Of a stretch of 64,000 nt of DNA, positions 48,988-58,359 are shown piece after piece. The stretch is taken from contig JANPNV010000119.1 in NCBI GenBank assembly GCA_031427625.1, positions 907 to 64,906 on the forward strand, in the 5' to 3' direction. The DNA is from Bacteroidota bacterium. Lineage in GTDB: Bacteria > Bacteroidota > Bacteroidia > AKYH767-A > 2013-40CM-41-45. How positions within the stretch are numbered: position 1 is the stretch's first letter; every line of letters begins with the position of its first letter. A program made the translations under genes and the position numbers. The notes under the pieces are model-generated. The model was given only the letters and a program-made list of their open reading frames with translations, searched no databases and had not been told where the DNA came from.

Positions 48988-49665
48988 TTAAGACATGTTT
49001 AGTCTATATCCAATGCCACGTACCGTTTCAATAAAATCTGAATTACCAAAAGCCGCCAGTTTCTTCCGAAGGTTTTTCATATGTACATCAATATAATTCG
49101 ATTCGTAATCTTCCTCAAGAACATCTCCCCAAATGTGTTCGGTTAGTTGCACTCTGGTAATTACCCTGTTTTTATGCAATGCCATATAGTGGAGGATGTC
49201 GAATTCCTTTTTCGTTAAATTAATTGCATTCTTTTCGAAGTATACTGTACGGTTCTGGATATCCATGAGGAAATCATGTATCTGTATTGTATTGTTTTTC
49301 AAACCATGTTTTCGCCTGAGAATAGCTTGCATTCTTGCCTGCAATTCAAGTAGTGAAAAGGGTTTTGCCAAATAATCATCAGCACCCAGATCTAGTCCGG
49401 TTATCCTGTCATCTATTGTTCCACGCGCAGTAAGAATAATAAATGCAGCATCTTTCCCCAATTCTTTTGCTTCCTTGAGTAATTGAAAGCCATTGTATTC
49501 AGGTAAGCCAATATCTAATAATACAAAATCGTAAGAGTTGACAAATATTTTTTCTGATGCACTCTTACCGGTAAAAGCAACGTCACAGTGATATCCCTGT
49601 TTAGTCAGGAAAATCTCTACTTCGTGAGAAAGTTGTCTTTCGTCTTCAACAATTAGAACATTCAT
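48988..49665 (-). CDS. OmpR/PhoB-family response regulator
   Basis: 225 aa with a receiver domain (VEDE, LLDIGLP, KPF) and a winged-helix C-terminus (RGIGYRL). Confidence 0.92.
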   Translation of the reverse strand: MNVLIVEDERQLSHEVEIFLTKQGYHCDVAFTGKSASEKIFVNSYDFVLLDIGLPEYNGFQLLKEAKELGKDAAFIILTARGTIDDRITGLDLGADDYLAKPFSLLELQARMQAILRRKHGLKNNTIQIHDFLMDIQNRTVYFEKNAINLTKKEFDILHYMALHKNRVITRVQLTEHIWGDVLEEDYESNYIDVHMKNLRKKLAAFGNSDFIETVRGIGYRLNMS

Positions 49666-49751
49666 AATGCAATTTTAATTGATTCTATTGATATTTACTA
49701 TAGTTAATTTTTAAGAATAATATTTTTCAAAAATTAAAGCAGAATGAATTA

Positions 49752-50936
49752 TCAAATAGTATTGATAGATTCAAGTATAGCCGAACAAGCAGTTTTAATT
49801 TCTTCTGAACTAATAATAAGTGGTGGCGCTATTCTCAGGCAATGAGGAGCAAATAGAAACCAGTCGGTAAGCAATCCATTTTCAAAACAACGCTGGATCA
49901 CTTTCTGATTTACCATTTCATTTTCAAATTCGATGGCAAGCAGTAGGCCGCGCCCTCTGACTGAACTTATTTTTTTGTTTTTTAACAGCGACTTAAAGAG
50001 TTTTTCTTTTTCCGGAATTGATTCAATAATTTCAGTTGATTTCAAAATCCTTAATGATGCTACAGCAGCAGCACAACAAGCAGGGTGTCCGCCGGTTGTG
50101 GTAAGATGCCCTAGTGCCGGATCTTTTGTTAACGAACGCATTATTTCGGACGAAGAAATAAATGCACCTAATGGCATACCTCCGCCAAATGCTTTGCCGA
50201 GAAGAAGGATATCGGGAACTACATGATCATGCTCAAATGCAAACAGCTTACCTGTCCGCCCCATGCCTGTCTGAATTTCATCAAAAACAAGCAGAGCATT
50301 TTTTTCTGTACATTTTTTTCTGACTTTTTCTAAAAATCCATTTTCAGGAACGATTATCCCTGCTTCTGCCTGTATTGGTTCAATAAAGACTGCTGCTGTA
50401 TTCTCAGTAATAAAATCCAGATGGCCTGTATTGTTGAAGTCAAGTATCCTGTGATCGGGTAGGAGTGGTCTGTATGCGCTCTTCAACTCTTCGTTTCCAC
50501 AAATGCTTAAAGCACCCTGCGTACTTCCATGATAGGAATTTCTAAATGAGATAAACCCTGATCTTCCTGTATATCTCTTAGCTAGTTTCATGGCTCCTTC
50601 TGTCGCTTCTGTGCCTGAATTTGTCAGAAAGATATTTTGAAGGGAATCCGGAAGACAAGCGGCAAGCTGCGAGACAAGTTCAACCTGCGGTGATATAACG
50701 TACTCTCCATATACCATAATATGCAAATGATTGTCGATTTGCTGATGAATCGCTTTTCTTATTTCCACATTACCATGTCCAAGACTGGAAACAGAAATTC
50801 CCGAAATAAGATCGAGGTACTTTTTGCCTGATGCGTCTATTATGTATGTTCCTTCAGCACCTGCAATTTCAAGAGCAGGAGGGGAAGGACTGGTTTGGGC
50901 CAGATGTCTGAAAAAAAGTTCTTTCCTGGAAATCAT
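49752..50936 (-). CDS. Class III aminotransferase (acetylornithine/ornithine aminotransferase-like)
   Basis: 394 aa with SGTEATEGAMKLA, DEIQTGMGRTGK and LLGKAFGGG (PLP lysine). Confidence 0.85.
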   Translation of the reverse strand: MISRKELFFRHLAQTSPSPPALEIAGAEGTYIIDASGKKYLDLISGISVSSLGHGNVEIRKAIHQQIDNHLHIMVYGEYVISPQVELVSQLAACLPDSLQNIFLTNSGTEATEGAMKLAKRYTGRSGFISFRNSYHGSTQGALSICGNEELKSAYRPLLPDHRILDFNNTGHLDFITENTAAVFIEPIQAEAGIIVPENGFLEKVRKKCTEKNALLVFDEIQTGMGRTGKLFAFEHDHVVPDILLLGKAFGGGMPLGAFISSSEIMRSLTKDPALGHLTTTGGHPACCAAAVASLRILKSTEIIESIPEKEKLFKSLLKNKKISSVRGRGLLLAIEFENEMVNQKVIQRCFENGLLTDWFLFAPHCLRIAPPLIISSEEIKTACSAILESINTI

Positions 50937-51143
50937 TTTGGCGAAAATACTGAATTTGTGAATGTAAAAACAGTTTACGCATTTTACGTCTTTTATTCAA
51001 ATTTCAATTGCAATAACAAATCAGTAAATTCATATCACTTTTCATAATTCACAACCACCACTTAGTAAATAATTATTAAAGTGGTATTAAATTAGTTTTC
51101 TATAGTGAAATTGCATCGTTATAATTTAATACCTACACGATCC

Positions 51144-53300
51144 ATGAGAAAATACATTATTATTTTTAATTTGGTTTATTTAGTATGCAGTTCTTTTGCT
51201 GATGCACAAACATCAGTGAATCTGGCCCTGCGACACAAGCTCAGTATGAAAGATAGTTATGCTGATGAAATGTATATTCTCGTACAGGGGGATGTAAAAG
51301 CCATTGAACTTTTCACGAAAATAAATAACGGACATTTTATAAATTCTGCAGGTGATATTGCTTCTGTTAAACTTTCTGTAGCTGCAATTGCCAAGTTAAT
51401 CGAAAAACCATTCGTAAAAGTTATTGGTTCTGATATCTATCATAATCAGCCAATGAATGATACTATGCGAATGAGAACCTATGTAGATGAAGTTCATGCA
51501 GGACAGCTTCCGCTTACGCAGGGATACAAGGGACGCGGTGTTTTACTTGGGATCATTGATTCAGGAATCGATTACAATCACCCTGATTTCCGGGATTCGT
51601 CAGGCAACACCAGAGTGAGGTTCATATGGGATATGAATCTTCCCATTGCGCCTAATACACCTGCGCCATATGGTTATGGACAAGAATTTACAAAGCAACA
51701 AATTGACAGCGGGCTTGCTCCGGCAGATACTATTCAACATTTATTCGGTCATGGCACCTATGTTTCGGGAATTGCCGCTGGAAACGGATCAGCGGTGGGA
51801 CATTTTCAGGGAGTCGCTCCTGAGGCAGATCTTATTGTGGTTGGATTTGATTTTTCCGCAACGGATACTGTTTCCCGTTATGCTCATGCCATCGAATACA
51901 TTTTCAATAAAGCCCAACTACTGGGAATGCCATGTGCAATCAATGCATCACTTGGTGATTATTACGGATCGCATGATGGTCGAGATTTGCAATCACTATA
52001 CATCAGAAATCTCATCAATCAGCAGCCGGGCAGAGTGCTTGTAGCAGCAGCAGGAAACATCGGAATAAATTATCCCTTCCATGTAGGTCGTTCTTCAATT
52101 GCCGGCGACACGGTTTTTTCATGGTTTAAATATAATGCTTCCTATGGAGGAGCTTATGTACAGATTTTTGCAGACACAGCCTCTTTCCGAAATGTTCGAT
52201 TCTCAATTGGTGTTGATAAAGTTGCACCGTATTACCACTATAGGGGGGCAACTCCTTTCTCGAATGTATTTCCTTCAATTAATTTTGTCGTCAATCAGTC
52301 TATCGTTGTCAGCGGTAAACGCCTTGGCCGCATTCAAACATACACATCTTTGAATGCCGGTGTTTATTCTATTGAAGTATATGTTGTTCCTGATTCTACT
52401 CCTACAGATTATAACTGGCGGTTCACAACTACCGGTAATGGCAGATACGATTCATGGTCATTCGACTGGGCCTGGCAGGGATTGCCGGTCGATACTGTTT
52501 TTCCTGACATAACCCATTACCATGCTCCTGATACAATGCAGTCAATCGTAAGTGGAATGGCTTGTCTCAACAATGTTATTACAGTTGGTAATTATTATAA
52601 TACTGACAGGCATGTTGACTACGATACTGTTTTGCAAATAACTCCAACAGATTTTCCACAACGCTTAGCCGAAAACAGCAGTAGGGGGCCTACAAGGGAT
52701 GGAAGGATTAAACCTGAAATAGTTGCTCCCGGTCATCATATTATTTCTGCAGGTGTATTAACACAGATACCAGGATTAATTTCTGCCCAACCTTATAAAG
52801 TTGCTCCCGGAGGATTTCATATAACCGGTGGTGGTACTTCCGCCTCTGCTCCTGTAGTTGCCGGACTTGCAGCTCTGTACATGGAACAAAATCCAGGGGC
52901 CGACTGGTCTTCTGTGAAGCAAGCGATTCTCAATTGTGCTTCGCGTGACACGTTTATGTGGGGGCCATATCCGAACAATGCATGGGGTTATGGAAAAGCC
53001 AATGCATTTGCTTCGTTGACGACATGTGCAGCAACGGTTGCAGTAAATTCAATTACCGGCGAAAATGATTTCAGTATTTATCCGAATCCTGCTAGCGGCA
53101 TTATTAATATTGAGCTTCCTGATTCCAGGTTGTCTTCTGTGGAAGTTATTGATGTAAATGGCCGGGCATTGATAAAATCAATTTTCGAATCACAAAGATT
53201 TTCACTATCAATGACTGGATTAAGTCCGGGAATCTATTTTGTTTCTATTCGTCAGGCAAACTATGCTCCTAAGATGAAAAAATTGATCCTTACTAACTAA
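51144..53300 (+). CDS. Secreted S8 (subtilisin-family) peptidase with T9SS C-terminal sorting domain
   Basis: ATG 51144 gives signal MRKYIIIFNLVYLVCSSFADAQ. The catalytic triad blocks are IDSGID, HGTYVSG and GGGTSASAPVVAG. The C-terminus FSIYPNPASGIINIEL...GIYFVSI matches the Por secretion tail pattern. Confidence 0.88.
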   Translation: MRKYIIIFNLVYLVCSSFADAQTSVNLALRHKLSMKDSYADEMYILVQGDVKAIELFTKINNGHFINSAGDIASVKLSVAAIAKLIEKPFVKVIGSDIYHNQPMNDTMRMRTYVDEVHAGQLPLTQGYKGRGVLLGIIDSGIDYNHPDFRDSSGNTRVRFIWDMNLPIAPNTPAPYGYGQEFTKQQIDSGLAPADTIQHLFGHGTYVSGIAAGNGSAVGHFQGVAPEADLIVVGFDFSATDTVSRYAHAIEYIFNKAQLLGMPCAINASLGDYYGSHDGRDLQSLYIRNLINQQPGRVLVAAAGNIGINYPFHVGRSSIAGDTVFSWFKYNASYGGAYVQIFADTASFRNVRFSIGVDKVAPYYHYRGATPFSNVFPSINFVVNQSIVVSGKRLGRIQTYTSLNAGVYSIEVYVVPDSTPTDYNWRFTTTGNGRYDSWSFDWAWQGLPVDTVFPDITHYHAPDTMQSIVSGMACLNNVITVGNYYNTDRHVDYDTVLQITPTDFPQRLAENSSRGPTRDGRIKPEIVAPGHHIISAGVLTQIPGLISAQPYKVAPGGFHITGGGTSASAPVVAGLAALYMEQNPGADWSSVKQAILNCASRDTFMWGPYPNNAWGYGKANAFASLTTCAATVAVNSITGENDFSIYPNPASGIINIELPDSRLSSVEVIDVNGRALIKSIFESQRFSLSMTGLSPGIYFVSIRQANYAPKMKKLILTN

Positions 53301-53402
53301 ACATATTTCATCTCTGAGCAGTCATCTGAGGATATTCTTTACGTTCTTTACAGAATATTCAACAGGTGCATTTAAATTTCTGCAAGAAATTATAATTGAT
53401 TT

Positions 53403-54455
53403 ATGAAGAATACAACAACAGATATTGCCAAACGTTTTCCTGAGAAGTCTGTGAAAGATATGCGTGAAATGCTTTCACTGTCAAAAAATATTGTAATTAC
53501 TACCCATCATCGTCCTGATGGTGATGCAATGGGTTCTTCGTTGGGCCTTTATAATTATTTGATAAAAAAGGGCTTCTCAGTTAAAGTTATTGTACCAAGT
53601 GATTATCCTGAATTTCTTGCCTGGCTTCCGGGAAATAGTTCTGTATTAAATTACGAAACAGTAAAAGAGAGCTGTGATAAATTAATTTCTGAAGCGGACT
53701 TAATTTTTTGTCTGGATTTTAACTGGCTGAAAAGGGTGGAGAAAATGGAATCTCCTATCAGAACAAGTCGTGCACGAAAAATATTAATTGATCACCATCT
53801 CGATCCGGAGGACGCTTTCGACATTTCATTTTCATACAGCGATGCCTGCTCGACATGTGAATTGATTTATGATTTTATAGATGGACTTGATGATGTGTCA
53901 TTAATCGATAAAGACATTGCCACTTGTATTTACTGCGGAATAATGACGGACACAAATTCATTCCGTTTTGCCTCTATGAAAGCCAGAACACACAGAATTA
54001 TTGCAAAGTTGATGGATTCAGGGGCATTGAATTATAAAATTCATGAATTGGTTTACGATAATTCGACGGAAAGTAAATTGCGACTCACAGGATTTGCCCT
54101 GTCTGAGAAGCTTACTGTTCTCAGTGAATTCAACACTGCCTATATCACATTAACAGAGGAAGAGATGAATAGATTTGATTTCAAGAGTGGAGATACGGAA
54201 GGTCTTGTTAATTTTGCGTTAGGAATAAATGGTGTAAATCTAGCTGCGTTTTTTTCAGAGCGTGAAGGTGCTGTTAAAATATCCTTTAGGAGTAAGGATG
54301 ATTTTTCTGTAAAGGATCTTTCATCAAAATATTTTAATGGCGGCGGACATAAAAATGCTTCAGGAGGTTTTTCCAGACAGTCATTATCAGAAACAGTTCG
54401 TAAATTTGTTGTGATACTTCCGGAATATAAAAAGCTATTAACAGGCCAAGAATGA
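53403..54455 (+). CDS. DHH-family phosphoesterase (NrnA-like oligoribonuclease/pAp phosphatase)
   Basis: 350 aa with HHRPDGDAMGS, DHH (IDHHLD) and C-terminal DHHA1 GGGHKNASG. Confidence 0.8.
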   Translation: MKNTTTDIAKRFPEKSVKDMREMLSLSKNIVITTHHRPDGDAMGSSLGLYNYLIKKGFSVKVIVPSDYPEFLAWLPGNSSVLNYETVKESCDKLISEADLIFCLDFNWLKRVEKMESPIRTSRARKILIDHHLDPEDAFDISFSYSDACSTCELIYDFIDGLDDVSLIDKDIATCIYCGIMTDTNSFRFASMKARTHRIIAKLMDSGALNYKIHELVYDNSTESKLRLTGFALSEKLTVLSEFNTAYITLTEEEMNRFDFKSGDTEGLVNFALGINGVNLAAFFSEREGAVKISFRSKDDFSVKDLSSKYFNGGGHKNASGGFSRQSLSETVRKFVVILPEYKKLLTGQE

Positions 54456-54970
54456 AAAATATTTTCAATTACTTATTTATTGCTTTTCTCTTATTTGCCT
54501 GCAAGAGTAATTCGCAGGACAAAAAAAATGAAAAATCCGGACTTAATGAGCAGCTTACAAATATGAATAGGATGATGGTGGAGAATGAATCAAAGAGAAT
54601 AGATGATTTCATCGCTGCACATAATTTTAAGACCGTTAAAACAGGCACCGGACTTCGTTATGAAATTTACAAAAAAGGGACAGGCAAAAAACCAGAGAAT
54701 CATAGTGAAGTGGAAATTAAGTTTAAAGTATACCTTCTTAACGGAACTCTTTGTTATTCGAGTGATTCGCTTGGGACAGCTAAGTTTACCCTCGGATATG
54801 ATGAACAGGTCCGTGGTCTCGAAGAAGGATTGATGCTGATGGTTCCCGGTGATAAAGCTCACTTAATTGTCCCTGCTCATCTGGCTTATGGTCTGTCGGG
54901 CGACAGAAATAAAATTACACCTGGGAAGGCTCTTTATTACGATGTTGAATTAATTAAGATAATCAAATGA
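54452..54970 (+). CDS. FKBP-type peptidyl-prolyl isomerase lipoprotein (GldI-like candidate)
   Basis: 172 aa with lipobox LFAC and a single FKBP domain. It overlaps the upstream stop by 4 nt. The GldI assignment comes only from size, lipoprotein nature and lineage context. Confidence 0.7.
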   Translation: MKNIFNYLFIAFLLFACKSNSQDKKNEKSGLNEQLTNMNRMMVENESKRIDDFIAAHNFKTVKTGTGLRYEIYKKGTGKKPENHSEVEIKFKVYLLNGTLCYSSDSLGTAKFTLGYDEQVRGLEEGLMLMVPGDKAHLIVPAHLAYGLSGDRNKITPGKALYYDVELIKIIK

Positions 54971-55887
54971 TAAGAAAATATTCCTGCTGGATACTCACAT
55001 TCTTGTTCTTAATTCTTTTTGCATGTAAGAAAGGCAAAGAGCTTAAAACTGAATCCGGTTTTAAATATATTCTGTATACAGAATCAAAAGGCCCGAAGGC
55101 AGAGATCGGTAATTACCTCACCATAAAATTAATTTATAAAAACAATATCGATTCGGTATTATTCAATTCCGATAGCAGTGGTGGCCCAATTCGTTTTCTT
55201 CTCGAAAAAATTCCCTTCAAAGGAAGTTACGAAGATGGCTTGACAAATCTATCCGCCGGTGATAGCGCTACTTTTTTTATTCCCGCTGATTCACTGTATA
55301 AATATCTTTATAGATCACATGGAGCTGCTGATGTCCCCCAGGAAAAAACGGCATTCGCAAAAGGGACGTTTTTTAAATTTGAATTAAAACTGTTAAAAGT
55401 CCAGACAGCGGCGGAAGCAGAAGAGGAGATGGTTTTAAATATGAGTTCGAGGGAGAAAGGCGAAAAGGCAGATCTTGCCGCTTATGTTAAAAGGAAGGGA
55501 ATAACAGTGCCAGCAGACAGTTCAGGGTATATATTGGTAATTACAAAGAAAGGTAACGGACCTGCAATTGATAGTGGTAAAGTTGTTACCCTTGAATATG
55601 AAGGAAGGTTTCTAAATGATACTGCATTTGACGGAACGAATATAGCAGGAAGGCCATATCGGTTTATTTCGGGAGCGCATCAAGTGATAAAAGGTTGGGA
55701 GTTGGCAATGAAAAAGCTGCATCAGGGTGATCGCATTAAGTTAATCCTTTCGTCAAAACTGGCATATGGTGAAGCAGGAATACAGGATGAATTAAGCGGA
55801 AAATATATTGTTCCACCGTTTACGCCTTTGGTTTTCGATATACAAATTGTAAATGTGGAAGATGCTCCCGCAGTAAGCGGTCGATAG
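54967..55887 (+). CDS. Two-domain FKBP-type peptidyl-prolyl isomerase lipoprotein
   Basis: 306 aa with lipobox LFAC and two FKBP-like halves. The second carries VIKGWELAM and LVFDIQIV. It overlaps the upstream gene by 4 nt. Confidence 0.8.
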   Translation: MIRKYSCWILTFLFLILFACKKGKELKTESGFKYILYTESKGPKAEIGNYLTIKLIYKNNIDSVLFNSDSSGGPIRFLLEKIPFKGSYEDGLTNLSAGDSATFFIPADSLYKYLYRSHGAADVPQEKTAFAKGTFFKFELKLLKVQTAAEAEEEMVLNMSSREKGEKADLAAYVKRKGITVPADSSGYILVITKKGNGPAIDSGKVVTLEYEGRFLNDTAFDGTNIAGRPYRFISGAHQVIKGWELAMKKLHQGDRIKLILSSKLAYGEAGIQDELSGKYIVPPFTPLVFDIQIVNVEDAPAVSGR

Positions 55888-55888
55888 A

Positions 55889-56581
55889 TTAATTCCCGAT
55901 TAAAAATATTGCAGGTAATTTATTTATTTCAGGAAGTTTTTTTTCCCATTCGGAAATAGGCATCGTTTTTACCATTTCATTTTCCGAAGTAAGGTTGCAA
56001 GCGACGCATAACAACGTTTCTCCCGAACAAACCTGCATCAGATCTGTCAACAGTTGCATATTTCTGTAAGGCGTTTCAATAAAAATCTGTGTCTGATTTT
56101 TTTTTACAGCGTCTTTTTCAATTATTGCAATTTTTATTTTTCGTTGATTAGGATCTCTTGGAAGGTAACCATGAAAAACAAATGATTGACCGTTCATGCC
56201 GCTTGCCATAAGTGCAAGCAGGATACTCGATGGTCCGGTAAGTGGAATAACACGGATGTTGTTTTCATGTGCGATCCTGACAATTGAAGCACCAGGATCG
56301 GCAACAGCCGGACACCCTGCTTCGCTAAGGAGACCAATGTCTTTGCCTTTTTTTATTACGTCAGTTAAATCAGAAATATCAATATCTGAAGAATGCTCGT
56401 TTAACAGGTGAAAAATCAATTCGTTTTGCTTGAAATTAGTTTCGATTTTTTTTAAAAACTGACGCGCTGTTTTTTCATTTTCCACAATAAATTCATCGAG
56501 ACTACGCACAACATCAATTAACTGTGAAGATAAAACTCCTGCGTTTTCAGAAAGTAAAGTTGGAATAAGATATAACGACAT
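55889..56581 (-). CDS. SAM-dependent methyltransferase, tetrapyrrole-methylase fold (RsmI-like)
   Basis: 230 aa with LSEAGCPAVADPG motif, similar to the RsmI SDAGTPxISDPG block. Confidence 0.65.
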   Translation of the reverse strand: MSLYLIPTLLSENAGVLSSQLIDVVRSLDEFIVENEKTARQFLKKIETNFKQNELIFHLLNEHSSDIDISDLTDVIKKGKDIGLLSEAGCPAVADPGASIVRIAHENNIRVIPLTGPSSILLALMASGMNGQSFVFHGYLPRDPNQRKIKIAIIEKDAVKKNQTQIFIETPYRNMQLLTDLMQVCSGETLLCVACNLTSENEMVKTMPISEWEKKLPEINKLPAIFLIGN

Positions 56582-56610
56582 TTTATTGAGTAATGTATTG
56601 TAGTTATTTA

Positions 56611-57084
56611 TTACGAAACTTTGGTTGATTTCTGTTGAATATCTTCAAGTATGTCAACGCAGGCTTTCTCGATGAGTTCAAACACAGAATAAAATCCCTC
56701 AGGTTCACCAAACCATGGATCGGGAACATCGAGCCCGTTATTTCCGTCGGCTAAAAAATAATGGACCTTTTTTTCATCATTTTCATTTCGCGCAAGACGA
56801 AGAATGTTTTTAAAGTTGGATGCGTCCATCGCATATATGCGATCGAATTGGTCAAAATCATTTTCCTTAAACTGTCTTCCTCTTAATTCAGATATATCAA
56901 CTCCGTAACTTTTCGACGTGGCAATGGCGCGTGAATCCGGCCTTTCGCCAACATGGTAATCTGCAGTTCCGGCTGAATTAACTTCGATAGATAAGTTTTT
57001 CTCAGTAATTTTTTTCCGCATGATGCCTTCTGCCATCGGTGAGCGACAAATATTTCCAAGACAAACAAATAATATTTTCGTCAT
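56611..57084 (-). CDS. Low-molecular-weight protein tyrosine phosphatase
   Basis: 157 aa with the CLGNICRSP (CX5R-S) P-loop and a distal DP motif. Confidence 0.9.
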   Translation of the reverse strand: MTKILFVCLGNICRSPMAEGIMRKKITEKNLSIEVNSAGTADYHVGERPDSRAIATSKSYGVDISELRGRQFKENDFDQFDRIYAMDASNFKNILRLARNENDEKKVHYFLADGNNGLDVPDPWFGEPEGFYSVFELIEKACVDILEDIQQKSTKVS

Positions 57085-58359
57085 TTAAATGCAGAATGTA
57101 ATTGAATTTTTATTTATTACAGCAATTGCTTTTCCTTTTAATGTTGTTCCGACAAAAGGATTATTTTTTGATTTTGATTTTATATGTTTCTGTTCTGCTG
57201 TCCAAATAATTTCCGGATCGAATATGGTTAAGTTGGCAGGTTGATTTTTTTCAATCAAGGAAGTTTTTATTCCTGCGCATGAACGCGGATGAATTGTAAA
57301 CCGGGAAACAAGTTCGGGCAGACTTATTATTTTATCAGTAGCTTTTCGCGCAACTCCGAATGCAGTTTCGAGTCCGGTTGCGCCATATTCAGCAAGTGCA
57401 TATTCCTTTCTTTTATTTTCAACGCTTTGAGGAATATGATCTGAACAGATGCAGTCAATGGTTCCATCAGCCAACCCTTCAATTAAAGCTAATCTGTCAT
57501 CATTGGTTCGGAAAGGAGGCTTCACTTTGTAGATAGAATCAAAACCGTTAACAGCAGTATCGTCAAGTAAAAGATAAGAGGCGGCTACATCAGCCGTAAT
57601 TTTAAGTCCGCGCGCTTTAGCTTTTCTAATAAGGTCGACACCGCGTCTGGTGGAAATAGTTGAAAAGTGAATCGGTGTTTCAGTGTATTCTGAAAGAGAG
57701 ATATCGCGACTGATAATTAACTCTTCTGAAATAGAAGGGATTCCTTTTAGTCCTAATGATGTACTTACACTTCCTTCGTTCATTACTCCATTCCGCGCAA
57801 GACTGGTATCTTCAGGAAATGAAAAAATTTTTCCGCCGAAGCTTTTAGAATAAAGCAATGCTCTTGTCATCAATCCTGCATCTCTGACGGATTTTTTATC
57901 GTCGGTAAATACTTTGGCTCCTGCACGGAACATATCATACATTTCCGATAGTTCTTTTCCTTCACAATTTTCGGATAGTGAACCGGCAGGGAATACATCA
58001 ACGGGTAAATTTTTCGAACGTGAGAGGAGATATTCTATAGCAGGCCTTCCTGATACAGGTGGTTCAGTCGATGGCATCAATAAAACGCCACTAAAACCTC
58101 CTTGAATAGCAGCAGCACATCCGCTATCAACATCTTCAATTGCTTCATTTCCCGGTTCAGCAAAATTGGCATGAAGATCAAACCATCCGGAAGAAACATA
58201 AAGCTTGTTACAATTTACGACCTGTGCATTTTCCGAAGTGATTTTCCCGGGAGTTTCGATTACGGAAATTTTACCATCCTCTATCAGAATATCTTTTTCG
58301 GTCAGATGATGAGAACTTCCGGGAGAAATCACATGAACGTTTTGTAAAAAAAGTTTCAT
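57085..58359 (-). CDS. Dihydroorotase-like amidohydrolase, probably non-catalytic (PyrC-prime type)
   Basis: 424 aa with overall class I DHOase architecture (FTDD, KVKPPFR, CSDHIP). The DxHxH metal motif reads DLHANF instead. Confidence 0.7.
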   Translation of the reverse strand: MKLFLQNVHVISPGSSHHLTEKDILIEDGKISVIETPGKITSENAQVVNCNKLYVSSGWFDLHANFAEPGNEAIEDVDSGCAAAIQGGFSGVLLMPSTEPPVSGRPAIEYLLSRSKNLPVDVFPAGSLSENCEGKELSEMYDMFRAGAKVFTDDKKSVRDAGLMTRALLYSKSFGGKIFSFPEDTSLARNGVMNEGSVSTSLGLKGIPSISEELIISRDISLSEYTETPIHFSTISTRRGVDLIRKAKARGLKITADVAASYLLLDDTAVNGFDSIYKVKPPFRTNDDRLALIEGLADGTIDCICSDHIPQSVENKRKEYALAEYGATGLETAFGVARKATDKIISLPELVSRFTIHPRSCAGIKTSLIEKNQPANLTIFDPEIIWTAEQKHIKSKSKNNPFVGTTLKGKAIAVINKNSITFCI

